The notes: generated from the letters alone by a model not told the origin. Numbered from the stretch's first letter, positions 44,567-55,315 are shown. The stretch is 64,000 nt of DNA from an uncultured Acidimicrobiia bacterium (GCA_963795125.1 CAWCGQ010000002.1:264025-328024); one strand, 5' to 3'. Program-made: numbers and translations.

Positions 44567-44924
44567 TTTCCAGGTAGCGAATCAGCCGGCTGGCGGCGCC
44601 CATCGCCCGCCTGGTCAGCTGCCTGGTCAGCATCCACTCATCGTCCGTGATCAGCATTTGAGCGTGAGCGGCGCTGAGGTGGGTCAGGATCTCTTCTTCC
44701 AATGTCCTGGCCATGCGCACCAGCTGCGCGCCCTCCCTGTGCCTTAACTGATCGACGCCTTCCGCAATGCGGCGCGGCGCCGAGCGCGCGGCATGGCTCA
44801 GCCCCTCGCAGGGTTGGTAGTGGCGCCTGAAGTCGGGCGATAACAGAAACAGGTCGACGCGCAGATTCAGCTGATGCGCCAGGCGCCAGGCAATGATCTC
44901 GCGAACGTCGTGGACGGCGGCCAT
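44484..44924 (-). CDS. four-helix-bundle protein (23S rRNA intervening-sequence protein family)
   Basis: LSHAARSAPRRIAEG... resembles the family core QLxRAAxSIxxNIAEG. The 3' end overlaps the symporter by ~83 nt, so the true stop is uncertain. Confidence 0.55.
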   Translation of the reverse strand: MAAVHDVREIIAWRLAHQLNLRVDLFLLSPDFRRHYQPCEGLSHAARSAPRRIAEGVDQLRHREGAQLVRMARTLEEEILTHLSAAHAQMLITDDEWMLTRQLTRRAMGAASRLIRYLEITGDPTSLPPGIRSTPPPTRASPRHWG

Positions 44925-45065
44925 GCCGGCAGATGCTGCAACCGGGCTGCCTGAGCCTGCCGCAACGATTCAGGCCGGATCTGCGCCGCACCCCTGTTCA
45001 GTGACGCAGAAATCGAGCGCCGCGACCCGGCATCGATCGCAATTTCTGCCATGGGCGGCGGGAGC

Positions 45066-45719
45066 CTATTTCGTGAAGAGCACCAGAAAGAGAGTGGGAC
45101 CCTTGTCGTCGGGGGGCCACTTGTCGAAGGTCCGCACGTGCGTCAATCCGGCGGCCTTCAATTCCTCGACGACCACCGCGATCGGCACCCCGTGGCCGCC
45201 GCGGTTCGCGGGCACGCCGGCAGGCAGCTTGGAGCCCGGATCGGGAGGAAAATCCAGGATCGCCAGGCGCCCGCCTGGCTTCAGCGATGCGACCACGCTG
45301 TGGTTGAACGCCTCCGCCGCGGTGACGTGATGGTAGACATCGCGCATGAAGATCGCGTCGCAGCACGCCGCGGGCAAGTTCGTCGCTGCCGCGGCACCTT
45401 CGATCACCGTCACGTTCTGCAGCCCTTCCTGCTCGATATAGTCGCGAATCGCCCGCAACTGGCGCTGGCCGATGTCGGTGGCAAACACTCGCCCGTCACC
45501 AATCCATTTGCCGAGGACCACCGTCATGGCGCCGAAACCCGCACCCACATCGGCCACGGCCATGCCCGGCTTCAGCTGCAGCACCTCGACAAGCTGCGGC
45601 ACCTCGAGTTCGGCGCTCGCGCGCTCTTGCGCCACCTGACTCGCGCCGGGTAGCTGCGCCTGAGACACGGATGGAAGCAGCAGGGCGAGGATGGCGGCAT
45701 GAAGGAAATGACGGCCCAT
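45066..45719 (-). CDS. class I SAM-dependent methyltransferase with an N-terminal signal/anchor sequence
   Basis: MGRHFLHAAILALLLPSVSQAQ, then motif I VADVGAGFG and LKPGGRLAILDF. Intact. Confidence 0.8.
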   Translation of the reverse strand: MGRHFLHAAILALLLPSVSQAQLPGASQVAQERASAELEVPQLVEVLQLKPGMAVADVGAGFGAMTVVLGKWIGDGRVFATDIGQRQLRAIRDYIEQEGLQNVTVIEGAAAATNLPAACCDAIFMRDVYHHVTAAEAFNHSVVASLKPGGRLAILDFPPDPGSKLPAGVPANRGGHGVPIAVVVEELKAAGLTHVRTFDKWPPDDKGPTLFLVLFTK

Positions 45720-45770
45720 GATGATTCGACGCTCCTGCGGTTGACGCGGTTTGACAAGCCCTGCCATGGA

Positions 45771-46328
45771 TTATCTGCGGCGGCCGCTCTCGCAGACGGC
45801 AATCAGCTGCTCCAGCCGCCGCAGCCGCGTCGCCTCCTGTTTGGCGCCATGCACCCAGAGGGTTTCCCGCTTGCGGAGATGCGGCGGGAGCCCGCAGAAG
45901 AACTTCCACGCCGTCTTGTTGGCCTTGAACTTCTTCGCAAGCGGCGGGTCGAACACCGGCTCGCCATTCTGCTCGTAGGAATAGATGCGCGACTTCGCTT
46001 CGGTGCGCTTCGCGAACGCCGCCAGGCCCGCGGGCCGCATTCGCCCGAGCCTGGTCAGTTCCTCGACGCGGGCGATGTTGATCGCGCTCCAGTTGCTGCG
46101 CGGCCGGCGCGGCGTGAACCGGTTCGAATAGGCGATGTCGCTGTGCTTCCTGCGGATGCCGTCGATCCACCCGAAGCAGAGCGCCTCGTCAACCGCCTGC
46201 TGCCACGTGATGCTCGGCCGGCCGCTGTCTTTGCGGTAAAAGCCGACGATCAACTCGTCGGCGGTCCGGTGATGGGTCCTGAGCCACGCACGAAACGCGG
46301 CCGGGGTGGCAAAGAAGACCGGCTTCAC
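45771..46328 (-). CDS. YdeI/OmpD-associated family protein
   Basis: VKPVFFATPAAFRAWLRTHH...ELIVGFYRKDSGRPSITWQQAVDEALCFGWIDG fits this family. The GTG start at 46328 follows the SDR stop. Confidence 0.7.
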   Translation of the reverse strand: MKPVFFATPAAFRAWLRTHHRTADELIVGFYRKDSGRPSITWQQAVDEALCFGWIDGIRRKHSDIAYSNRFTPRRPRSNWSAINIARVEELTRLGRMRPAGLAAFAKRTEAKSRIYSYEQNGEPVFDPPLAKKFKANKTAWKFFCGLPPHLRKRETLWVHGAKQEATRLRRLEQLIAVCESGRRR

Positions 46329-46329
46329 G

Positions 46330-47080
46330 TTATCGCCCGCCGCTGACGTCGAGAAACGCAGCCGGTGGTATACGACGCTTCGTCCGAAAGCAACCACAAC
46401 ACGGCCTGCGCCACTTCGTCGGCGGTGCCGCCCCGCTGCATCGGCACCAACCCCTTCACGCGATCGACCCGGCCCGGCTCGCCGCCGCTGGCGTGCATGC
46501 CGGTGTAGATGAATCCCGCCCGAATCGCGTTGACGCGAATGCCTTCGGCCGCCACTTCCTGCGCGAGGCCGATCGTCAGGGTGTCGACGGCGGCCTTGGA
46601 TGCGGCGTAGTCAACATATTCCCCCGGCGAGCCGAGCACCGCGGCCCTCGACGACAGGTTGACGATTGCGCCGCCGCTGCCGCCGTGTTTGGTGGACATT
46701 CGCTTGACCGCTTCGCGCGCGCAGATGAACGCGCCAACAACGTTGGTGGCGCAGAATTCGATGCAGCCGCGCCGCATCGACGGATTCAACTCGCAGTTGC
46801 GTTTCAAGGATCGCGGCGTTATTGACGAGCGCCGATCAGCCGCCCCAGCCCGGCGTCGCACGTCTCGAACAGCCGGACGACTTCCGACTCGACCGGCGAT
46901 ATCGGCCTGCACGGCGATCGCGCGTCCGCCGGCTTCGGCGATGTCGGCGACCACGGCATTCGCGGCGTCGGCATTGGATCGATAGTTCACGCACACGGCG
47001 TAGCCGCGCGCGGCCGCCAGAACGGCGGTGGCGGCGCCAATGCCGCGACCGCCACCGGTGATCATCACAACGCCGGACAT
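46330..47080 (-). pseudogene. SDR-family oxidoreductase, ~3 frameshifts
   Basis: ITGGGRGIG Rossmann motif and the YAASKAA catalytic YxxxK. The tail YTTG/..LDVSGGR ends at TAA 46330-32 in a shifted frame. Confidence 0.85.
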
Positions 47081-47903
47081 CTACTTCGCGGCCAGCGCCT
47101 TCTTGATCGCCTCGACGGTGATGTTGGCGCGGATCTCGACCAGCTTCCTGCCGTTGGCAATGCGTCGTCTCGATCGGCAGGATCGTCTGCCCGTTGATCG
47201 ACGCCTTGCCGGCGTCCTGCCGCTGCTTGCAGCCGAATCTTCTCCGGATCGACCGTGGCGATGATGCTGTTGACGCTGTAGTCGTCGTGAATCCCTTCGT
47301 CCATCGTCTTGGGGATCCCGAGCGACGGCCAGGCGCCGTCGGCGGCCGTCCAGCTGTCGTAGTACTCCTTGATGTAGTGGATGGTCGGTCCCGCTGCCGG
47401 CCCACGCCGCCGACAGCTTGGTGGCCACGCGATCGAGGCCGCGCTGGTTGCCGCCGCTGTCGCCGATCAGGATGATGTGCTTGAAGCCGTTGGCCTTGAG
47501 GCTCTCGGCCTGGTCCTCGATCAGCGCGTCGTAGGTGGAGTCGCGCACCTGGATCGTTCCGGGCGTGGTCGAGAAGTTGCCGGGCTCGAACGGAATCGCC
47601 GGCGCGATCAGCGCGTTGCCGAGCTTGCGCGCGATCGCTTCGGCGGTGGCGCGCAGCACGAACACGTGCTTGCCGGTCGGCACATAGGGCCCGTTCTGCT
47701 CGGTGCTGCCGGCCACGATCAACGCGGTGGTCTTCCCGGCCTTCATCGCGTCGCGGATCTCCATCCAGGTCAGTTCTTCGATCCACACCTTGTCGGCGGC
47801 GGCGATCGGCCGCGGCGTGGTGAGGTCGAAGGCGCGGCGCTGCGCGGAGACGGGGGACGCACAGAGCAACAGCAGAGACGGTGGCGGTCGTGAAACGCAT
47901 CAT
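47081..47903 (-). pseudogene. creatininase-family amidohydrolase with a signal-like N-terminus, ~4 frameshifts
   Basis: The creatininase-like core is TALIVAGSTEQNGPYVPTGKH...IILIGDSGGN. The remaining pieces lie in other frames. Confidence 0.65.
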
Positions 47904-47921
47904 CGAGGTCCTCGAGATAAA

Positions 47922-49215
47922 TCAGGGAACGGTAATCTTCAGCTCGGCGGCGTAGAGGGCGGTGCGATCGTTGTCGCGTGCCGCCCATCGCGCCATCACC
48001 ACCGGATCCTTCGGCGGCGAGGCCGCTGAACACCTGCTTGCCGTTGACGGTCACGACCACCGGCTTGCGAAGTCGATCGCATCCGGCGACAGCAGCAGCG
48101 TGAACGCCGCGACGTCGCGGACCATGGCGTCGAAGGTGTTGCCGTTGCGCCGGATATCGACGCGGCCGGAGCGCTGCGGTGTGACGGAAGAATCCGAGAT
48201 CGGTCAGCTCGCTCGACCGCGACGCATCGGCGCGCAGCTCGTTGATCACCAGCCAGCGATTGCGGTTGAATCGATCGACCCGCTCGGTTTCCCATGACAG
48301 CGCCGCCGGGTGCGCCGCGCGCGGATGGTCGCGCACGAACTGCTCGAACGGCGCCCGTTCGGTCGGCCACCACGCGGTGTTGTGCACGGCGCCGGCCTGC
48401 GGACGGAACATCACGTTGACGCCCATCCGCTTCAGCCAGGCGATGTGCGGCTCGACCTGCGCCACCGGGTAGAGCTGATCGTGCTCGCCGTTGACGACAT
48501 ACAGCGGCGCGTCGACCAGGTTGTTGCCGTGCATCTCGCCGTCGGCGCCATTGCCGGGATTGCGAAGCACGGCGAGGCTGCCGTTGAGCGGCAGGTAGGA
48601 CGACCACGGGTTCGGCTCCTTGAGCGCCATGTAGTAGACGCCGGTGCCACCATCGGAAATGCCGGTGAGGTAGATCCTGCGTTTCGTCGATGTTGTACTT
48701 GCGCTTCAACGCATCGACGGCGCGCAGGATGTTGTCGATCTGCTCTTCGTCCCACCACTGCGCGGCGGCCCAGCCGCTCGGATGCAGATAGATTTGCTTC
48801 TCGCCCTCGATGCGATTCGGCGCGCGCCCGGCGGCCGGTGCCGTCCCGGCGGCTGCGCGTTCGGCGACGGACGGCCGACACCGCCGTGCAGCTGCACGCG
48901 CAGCATCAGCGGTCTGCGCCGGATCGTAGTCGGCGGGCACCTCGACGACGTTGTTGAAGAACGGACCCGACTTGGATTTCCATCGCAGCGAGTACTCGCC
49001 GCGCTTCTCTTCGAGGTAGCGTGCGCCCCTGCTCGAGCCGTTCGAGCACGTCGTCCGGGTCGAAGCGACGCGAACTGTTCGGCCATCGCCTCGGCATCGG
49101 CCGGCGCTCTCGGCGGCGAAAAACCTGTCGAACAGCGCCTCGCGCCGGCTTCTGGTTGACGACGCGTCGTGGCGAGCATGACGGCGGCGGTCAGGGCAAG
49201 CGCGAACAGCTTCAC
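47922..49215 (-). pseudogene. secreted alpha/beta-hydrolase (esterase/peptidase-like), ~8 frameshifts
   Basis: Signal KLFALALTAAVMLA. The nucleophile elbow is RIYLTGISDGGTG (GxSxG). The later segment is YVVNGEHDQLYP...HNTAWW. The protein is rebuilt from at least 6 ORF pieces. Confidence 0.6.
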
Positions 49216-49803
49216 GCGTGAGAATAGCGCAGAATTCCGCCAGCACCATGGCGGTGGCGCCCCACACTTTCTCGCCGTCGAGATCGAAGTACGGCACGTC
49301 CACGTCGATCGACCGCCCGTTCACCACGCGCGCGTGGATCTCGCGCTTGAGCGACGGCCGGCTCGGACAGCCGCGACACCGGCGCTTCGATGATGCGCGC
49401 CACCTCCCACTCGGCGCGCTGGAAGGCCGGCCGCATCGAGGTGAAGCCGACCACCGGATGCAGCAGGAAGCCGCTCACCGGGATGTGCAGCGGCGTCAGG
49501 CGCCCGAGCACTTCGACGACGCCGCGGATCGACGCCGATCTCTTCCTGCGCTTCGCGAAGCGCCGCGGCCTCGATGGTCTCGCCCGGCTCGACGCGGCCG
49601 CCGGGCAGCGACACCTGTCCGGTGTGATTGCGAAGGCCGGAACCGCGAACCGTCAGCGCCAGATGCAGCGTGTCGTCATGCGGCTGGCCCGCCGTAGCTT
49701 CCGTGAAGGCGGGATAGACCAGCAGCAGCGCCGCGCCGTCGTGCGCGCCGTCGGGCAACTTCAACGGATCCCAGCCGATTCGCGGCGCCGGCGCCATGCG
49801 CAA
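49212..49803 (-). pseudogene. NUDIX hydrolase (CoA pyrophosphatase-like), ~3 frameshifts
   Basis: The Nudix box is GGRVEPGETIEAAALREAQEEIG. The downstream pieces LGRLTPLHIPVSGFLLHPVV and VPYFDLDGEKVWGATAMVLAEF lie in other frames. Confidence 0.8.
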
Positions 49804-49885
49804 CTGCGCCTCGAGGCCGGGTAGGGGCCCGAGCAGGCCCCGCGCGAATTCGCTCGAAGGCCGCGGTAGGCACAGGATCCTGGGG

Positions 49886-51283
49886 CTACTTCTTCAAGGG
49901 CGTGCTCTGCCGCACCGGCGACACGTAGGAGCTGACCAGGCTCTCCTGACCGTCGGCGCCGATCGCCGAGACGCCGAAGGCGAAGTCATCGATCGACACG
50001 TTCTTCAGTCCAAACTGCGTCACGTTGCCGATCGTCTGGCTGTGCTGCCAGTCATTGGTCCAGGTATCGCGCCAGTAGATCCGATAGGCGACCGCGCCCG
50101 GCGCCGCGTTCCAGCGCAGGCTCGCGTCGTAGCCGGACGGATCGCGCGACGAGCATGTTGCGCGCCGCGCTCGTTGGTGACCTTCGGCGCCGGCGGCGCG
50201 AGCGCCAGCGAGGCCACGCCGGCGGCATTGACGCGCGCGTTCTGCGCCAGGTAGCCGAAGTCGACGCCGTCGATCCGGTCGTTGGCGCCGTGCTGCCGCT
50301 CGAAGTTCTCGTTGGCCTCGCGGAAGACGATGGCCGGGAAACCATTCTGCGTGAACGACGACTGGTCGCTGCCGCGGCCGAACCGATCCTCCCGCGCCAT
50401 CAGGCGGATGCGATGCGACGGCACGTAGAGCGCCGCCGACTTGCTGGATGTAGCGCGCCAGCGCCCGCGCCGGCGAGTCTTCCGGGCCAATCGCATAGAC
50501 GCGGACCGTTTCCGCATCGACAATGCCATTGCCGCCGCGCGAGTTGCCGACGATGTCGTTGTTGAAGACGGCTTCGACGGCCACGCCGTTGGTCTTGAGG
50601 TCCATCGCGTGGACGGCGGACCCGATCAGCCCCTGCTCTTCTCCGGCCCAGCAAATGAACACCAGCGTCGCGTCGAACTCGAGGCCGCTCTCCGCGAACA
50701 CCCGCGCCAGCTCCATCGTCAGCACGGTGCCGCTGCCGTCGTCGTTGGCGCCGTTGGCCTCGACGTTGTGATCGAAGTCCGGGCGCGTCTGGCGATCGCC
50801 GCCGGCGGTGGCGCCCGGTGCGGCGGCATTCGATTGGTTCTGCCCGCCGATATTGAGCGAGTCGTAGTGGCCGCTGATGTAGATGCGGCGCGGCGATCTG
50901 CCCGGGCAGGATCGCCATCACGTTGCGCAGATCGACCTGGCGGGTGATGCGACCCTGCGGCGGAATGATGTGGGTGTCGAAGCTGACCTTGAGCTTCTCG
51001 CTCGAGCGGCGCATCTCCTCGAGGATCCAGTTGCGCGCCGCGCCGATGCCGCGCGTCGGCGACTCCTGATCCGACAAGCGTGTTGCGGGTGCCGAAGCTC
51101 ACCAGCTTCGTCAGCAATTCCTGCAGGCGCTGCTCGGAGACGGCGCGCGACGATCTTTTCGATCCGCGGATCGGCATCCGGCCGCGGCGCGCTCTGCGCG
51201 GCGGCGAGCGTGGGCGTTCCAACCAACAACGTGAACACCACCACCGCAAGCCCGCCCAGTAGAAGAGTGCTGCGCATTTCCAC
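49886..51283 (-). pseudogene. M28-family metallopeptidase with a C-terminal FN3-like domain, ~6 frameshifts
   Basis: Signal MRSTLLLGGLAVVVF. GANDDGSGTV...FICWAGEEQGLIGS is M28 zinc-ligand context. The tail is YRIYWRDTWTNDWQ. Confidence 0.7.
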
Positions 51284-51396
51284 CTCGCTGCCGATTCTAG
51301 TTCGGCTCGTGACTGTCGCGAAGCCTCTTCGCCTGCATGTTGAGACCGGGTGTCAGGTTTGGACGGGGCCCGAATCGCCGGTAAGCTCGGGGCTCG

Positions 51397-52572
51397 TTGA
51401 CTGCAAGAGTTTCAGCCCGATTTCAAATCCTGCTGTGGGGCGCAGCCGTCTGTTACGTCGCCGCGATCGGCGTGGCGACGCTCGGCGCCGCTCAGGCGCC
51501 GGCGCAACCGCCGCGTGGCGCGGCGGTGCCTGCGGACGCCACCGGCGAGCAGATCTTTGCCGCCGCCTGCGCCGCCTGCCACGGGTCCGACGGCACCGGT
51601 TTGCCTCGGAGCGTGGTTGGCTTCGAAATCGCCAACGGGCACGAACTCCCCGACTTCACCGATTGCGCCACCAGCACGGTCGAGCCGCTCGCGGATTGGC
51701 TGGCGGTGGTCCACGAGGGCGGTCCGGTGCGCGCGCTCGACCGCCACATGCCGGCGTTCGGCGACGCGCTGACGGTCGAGCAGATCGAGCGGACCCTCAA
51801 GTATCTGTGGTCGTTTTGCGACGACGGCAACTGGCCGCGCGGCGAGCTCAATTTCCCCCGGGCGTTCTTCACGGAGAAGGCGTTTCCGGAAAACGAAACG
51901 GTGCTGACCACCGGCGTGACGGCGAGCGGGCCCAAGAGCATCACCAACGAGATCGTCTACGAGCGTCGGCTGGGCGCGCGCGGCCAGTACGAGATCGCGG
52001 TGCCGTTCGACATGCGGCAGGGTGAGGCCGGCGGTTCGTGGAGCCGGGGGCTGGGCGACATCGAGATCGCGGTCCGGCGAACGTTCTATCACGACGTGAC
52101 GCGAGGCAGCATCTTCGCCGCCGGAGGCGCGGTGGTGCTGCCAACCGGGAAAGAAGCGCTCGGCCTCGGCAACGGCTACACCATCGTCGAACCGTTCGCG
52201 ATGTTCGGCCAGGCGCTGGGCGCCGCGGGTTTCGTGCAGCTCCACACCGGCATCGAGATTCCCACCGATCGCCGCCGCGGCGAGAATGAATCGTTCGCGC
52301 GAGCGGCGGTCGGCTACTCCTTCGCGCAGGATCGCACGTTCGGCCGCGCCTGGACGCCGATGGTCGAAGTGCTGATGGCCAAGCCGCAACGCGGCCCCGC
52401 CGAGTGGGACGTGGTCCCGCAAGTGCAGGTTTCCCTCAGTAAGCTGCAGCACGTGCTGCTCAGCGTCGGCGCGCGCTTTCCGGTCAACGAGCGTGACGGA
52501 CGCAAGCCGCAAGTGCTCACCTATGTCCTGTGGGACTGGTTCGACGGCGGCTTCCTGCAGTTCTGGAAATGA
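51397..52572 (+). CDS. monoheme c-type cytochrome fused to a barrel-like (MetA/phenol-degradation-transporter-like) domain
   Basis: Intact 391-aa ORF with a TTG start and a signal. One CxxCH (CAACH) with a downstream HMPAF. The C-terminal ~270 aa has an alternating beta-strand character and ends FLQFWK. Confidence 0.7.
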   Translation: MTARVSARFQILLWGAAVCYVAAIGVATLGAAQAPAQPPRGAAVPADATGEQIFAAACAACHGSDGTGLPRSVVGFEIANGHELPDFTDCATSTVEPLADWLAVVHEGGPVRALDRHMPAFGDALTVEQIERTLKYLWSFCDDGNWPRGELNFPRAFFTEKAFPENETVLTTGVTASGPKSITNEIVYERRLGARGQYEIAVPFDMRQGEAGGSWSRGLGDIEIAVRRTFYHDVTRGSIFAAGGAVVLPTGKEALGLGNGYTIVEPFAMFGQALGAAGFVQLHTGIEIPTDRRRGENESFARAAVGYSFAQDRTFGRAWTPMVEVLMAKPQRGPAEWDVVPQVQVSLSKLQHVLLSVGARFPVNERDGRKPQVLTYVLWDWFDGGFLQFWK

Positions 52573-52576
52573 ACCC

Positions 52577-54235
52577 ATGCGCCTGACCACTGGACCGAGC
52601 CGGCTGATCGCGCTTGCCGCGATGGCGTGGACGATCGCCATGCTCGCCGCGGCGCCGCGCGCCGCCGACCAAGCGCCGCCGGCCGCAACCGCGAACCCGC
52701 ATCGCGATCTCTCGCTCTTCACCCATTCGGACAACTGCGTGGCCTGCCACAACAACCTCTCGGCCGCGAACGGCGAGGACGTCTCGATCGGCGTGATGTG
52801 GCGCTCGACGATGATGGCGAATTCGGCGCGCGATCCGTACTGGCAGGCGTCGGTGCGCCGCGAGGCAATCGACCATCCGAGCCACGCCGCCACCATCGAG
52901 GACGAGTGCGCGTCGTGCCACATGCCGATGCCGCAGCGCATCGCGCGCGCGGCGGGCGCGAAGGGCGAGGTGTTTTCGCACCTGCCGATCGCGAAAGATC
53001 AATCCGATCTGCAGCGGCTGGCCGGCGACGGCGTGTCGTGCACCGTGTGCCATCAGATCGCGCCGGACACGCTCGGCACCCCGGCCAGCTTCAACGCCAA
53101 CTTCGTGATCAAGCCGACGCCGGCCGACGGTAACCGCGTGATCTTCGGACCGTACGAGATCGACGCCGGCCGCCGCACCATCATGCGATCGGTCACCGGA
53201 TTCCAGCAGGAAGCGGCGCCGCACATCAAGCAGTCGGAGCTGTGCGCGTCGTGTCACACCCTGATCACCAAGACGCTGGGACCGGGCGGCGAGGTGATCG
53301 GCGAGCTGCACGAGCAGATGAACTACCAGGAATGGCAGCACAGCGACTATCCCAAAGAGGAGCGCAGCTGCCAGTCGTGCCACATGCCGGCGGTGGCCGG
53401 CCCGATCCGGATGTCGTCAGTGCTCGGCGAGCAACGCGACAGCCTGGCGCGCCATACGTTCGTCGGCGGCAACGCGCATATGCTGCGGCTGCTCAACCGT
53501 TTCCGTAGCGAGCTCGGCGTCACCGCACCCGCCGCGGAACTCGAGGCCACCGCGCGCGCGACCGAGCGCCAGCTGCAGCAGGACACGGCGACGATCAGCC
53601 TGACCGCCCCGGCGCTCGAGGCCGGGCGCCTGGCCTTCGAGGTGCGCGTCACCAACCTGACCGGGCACAAGTTCCCGACCGGCTACCCGTCACGCCGCAC
53701 CTGGCTGCACGTGACGGTGCGCGATGCGCGCGGCGGCCTGGCCTTCGAATCCGGCGCCATCACCGATGCCGGCCTGATCCGCGGCAACGACAACGATGCC
53801 GATGCCACCAAATACGAGCCGCACTACGAGGAAGTCTCATCCGCCGACGAGGTGCAGATCTACGAGACGGTCCTCGGCGATCGCTCGAGCGCGGTGACCA
53901 CCGGCCTGCTGAGCGCGACGCAGTATTTGAAGGACAACCGCCTGCTGCCGCGCGGTTTCGACAAGGCCACGGCGCTGCCGGAGATTGGCGTGTTCGGCGC
54001 GGCTCGCACCGACCCGGATTTCGCGAGCGCCGGCGATCGCGTGCGCTACCGCATACCGGTGTCGGGCGAGGGCCCCTTCCGCGTCCAGGTCGAACTGCGG
54101 TATCAATCGATCGGCTTCCGGTGGGCCGCGAATCTCGAAACCGTCAACGCGCCAGAGCCGGCGAAGTTCGTCGCGTATTACAAAGCCACCGCCGCGGGCT
54201 CGTCCGTCGTCGTCGCATCCGCAACCTCCCAATAG
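52577..54235 (+). CDS. pentaheme c-type cytochrome with a C-terminal non-heme domain
   Basis: Intact. The start MRLTTGPSRLIALAAMAW lies 4 nt after the upstream stop. It has five CxxCH motifs (CVACH, CASCH, CTVCH, CASCH, CQSCH), then a HKFPTGYPSRR-containing domain. Confidence 0.8.
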   Translation: MRLTTGPSRLIALAAMAWTIAMLAAAPRAADQAPPAATANPHRDLSLFTHSDNCVACHNNLSAANGEDVSIGVMWRSTMMANSARDPYWQASVRREAIDHPSHAATIEDECASCHMPMPQRIARAAGAKGEVFSHLPIAKDQSDLQRLAGDGVSCTVCHQIAPDTLGTPASFNANFVIKPTPADGNRVIFGPYEIDAGRRTIMRSVTGFQQEAAPHIKQSELCASCHTLITKTLGPGGEVIGELHEQMNYQEWQHSDYPKEERSCQSCHMPAVAGPIRMSSVLGEQRDSLARHTFVGGNAHMLRLLNRFRSELGVTAPAAELEATARATERQLQQDTATISLTAPALEAGRLAFEVRVTNLTGHKFPTGYPSRRTWLHVTVRDARGGLAFESGAITDAGLIRGNDNDADATKYEPHYEEVSSADEVQIYETVLGDRSSAVTTGLLSATQYLKDNRLLPRGFDKATALPEIGVFGAARTDPDFASAGDRVRYRIPVSGEGPFRVQVELRYQSIGFRWAANLETVNAPEPAKFVAYYKATAAGSSVVVASATSQ

Positions 54236-54277
54236 ACGGAGCACGCACCGTACGCACCTTAGTACCTTTCGTCTCCG

Positions 54278-54970
54278 ACCGTGAATCGCAACATCCACGG
54301 CGTCGCCCGGCGACTGGATCGTCAGGCCATCCGCCCGCGCATCACGGACGAACCGGGCATCCACCTTGTGGATGCGCAGGCGGACGAGCTGATCCTCTGA
54401 GACGGTCACGAAGCCGACGTCCTTCATCGACTTGATGAACTCGGGCGTCACCTTGTGGATGCGGAACTTGACGAGGTCGTCCACGCCCATCCCGCCGAAG
54501 CCGAGCGCCTTCAGCCGATCGATCTCCTCGGGCGACACCTTGTGAATCCGCATCTTCACCAGATCTTCCGCGGCGACGTTGCGATAGCCGCGCGTGTCGA
54601 GCGCCCCGATGAATTCGGGCGTCACCTTGTGGATGCGGAAGCGGATTAGTTCCTCCACCGACTGACCGCGAATGCCCTGATCCTGCAGCGCCTTGATGTT
54701 CGCGGGCGTCGCGCCGTGAATGCCCATGCGCACCAGATCGTCGACGGCGATGTTCCGGTAGCCGACGCCGGCGAGGTCGCGGACAAATTCGGGAGTGACC
54801 TTGTGGATACGCATGCGGATCAGATCGTCGAGCGGGAGGTTCGGATAGCCCGCCTGCGTCAGCCCGCGCACGTGCGCGATGGTGACGTCGATTACCGCGA
54901 GCCGGACGATGTCGTCGGCGGTGAGGCTGCGGTAGCCGGCATTGGCCATGTTGGTGACGAAGGCCTGATC
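54278..54970. repeat. 87-nt coding tandem repeats (about 7-8 copies)
   Basis: caccttgtggatgcg-type cores recur every ~85-90 nt. The protein shows 29-aa units from FVTNMANAGYRSLTA to DAVDVAIHG. Confidence 0.75.
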
Positions 54971-55231
54971 CGGCGCGAATGTGTAGGTGCCGCTGCCGCG
55001 ACCCTGATCGAACGACCCGGAGAAGCGGAAGGTGCCGGCTTCGCGCGTCCAGGTGAACTGAACATTGTCGGCGAGGCTGGAGAAAGCGGCCGCGGGGAGC
55101 CCCGCCAGGTCGCGAAGGCGCACGCCGAAGCCCCACCGGCTGTCGCCGGCGCCGGTCCGCAAGTTGAACTGCACGCGCGGCTCACCGTCATCGTCACGCC
55201 ACGTGCCGCGGGTGTCGGCCGTCCATTCCCC

Positions 55232-55315
55232 CCGGGCCGCAGACTGGAGCGCCAGGGCCGCAGAAGGCGCAGACGCAGGCTGGAGCACCAGGGCCGGAGA
55301 CGGCGCAGACCGCTC
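55232..55315. repeat. 36-nt coding tandem repeat (2 copies plus a partial) sharing a 22-nt core with 2582-2603
   Basis: Units at 55244-55279 and 55280-55315. ccagggccgcagaaggcgcaga at 55252-55273 is identical to 2582-2603. It encodes SAPSPALVLQ/PASAPSAALALQ. Confidence 0.7.

Noticed and set aside
44484-44924. A four-helix-bundle protein as a possible Avd component of a diversity-generating retroelement
   Set aside because: No reverse transcriptase gene and no template/variable repeat pair is visible nearby. This family is common as stand-alone genes.
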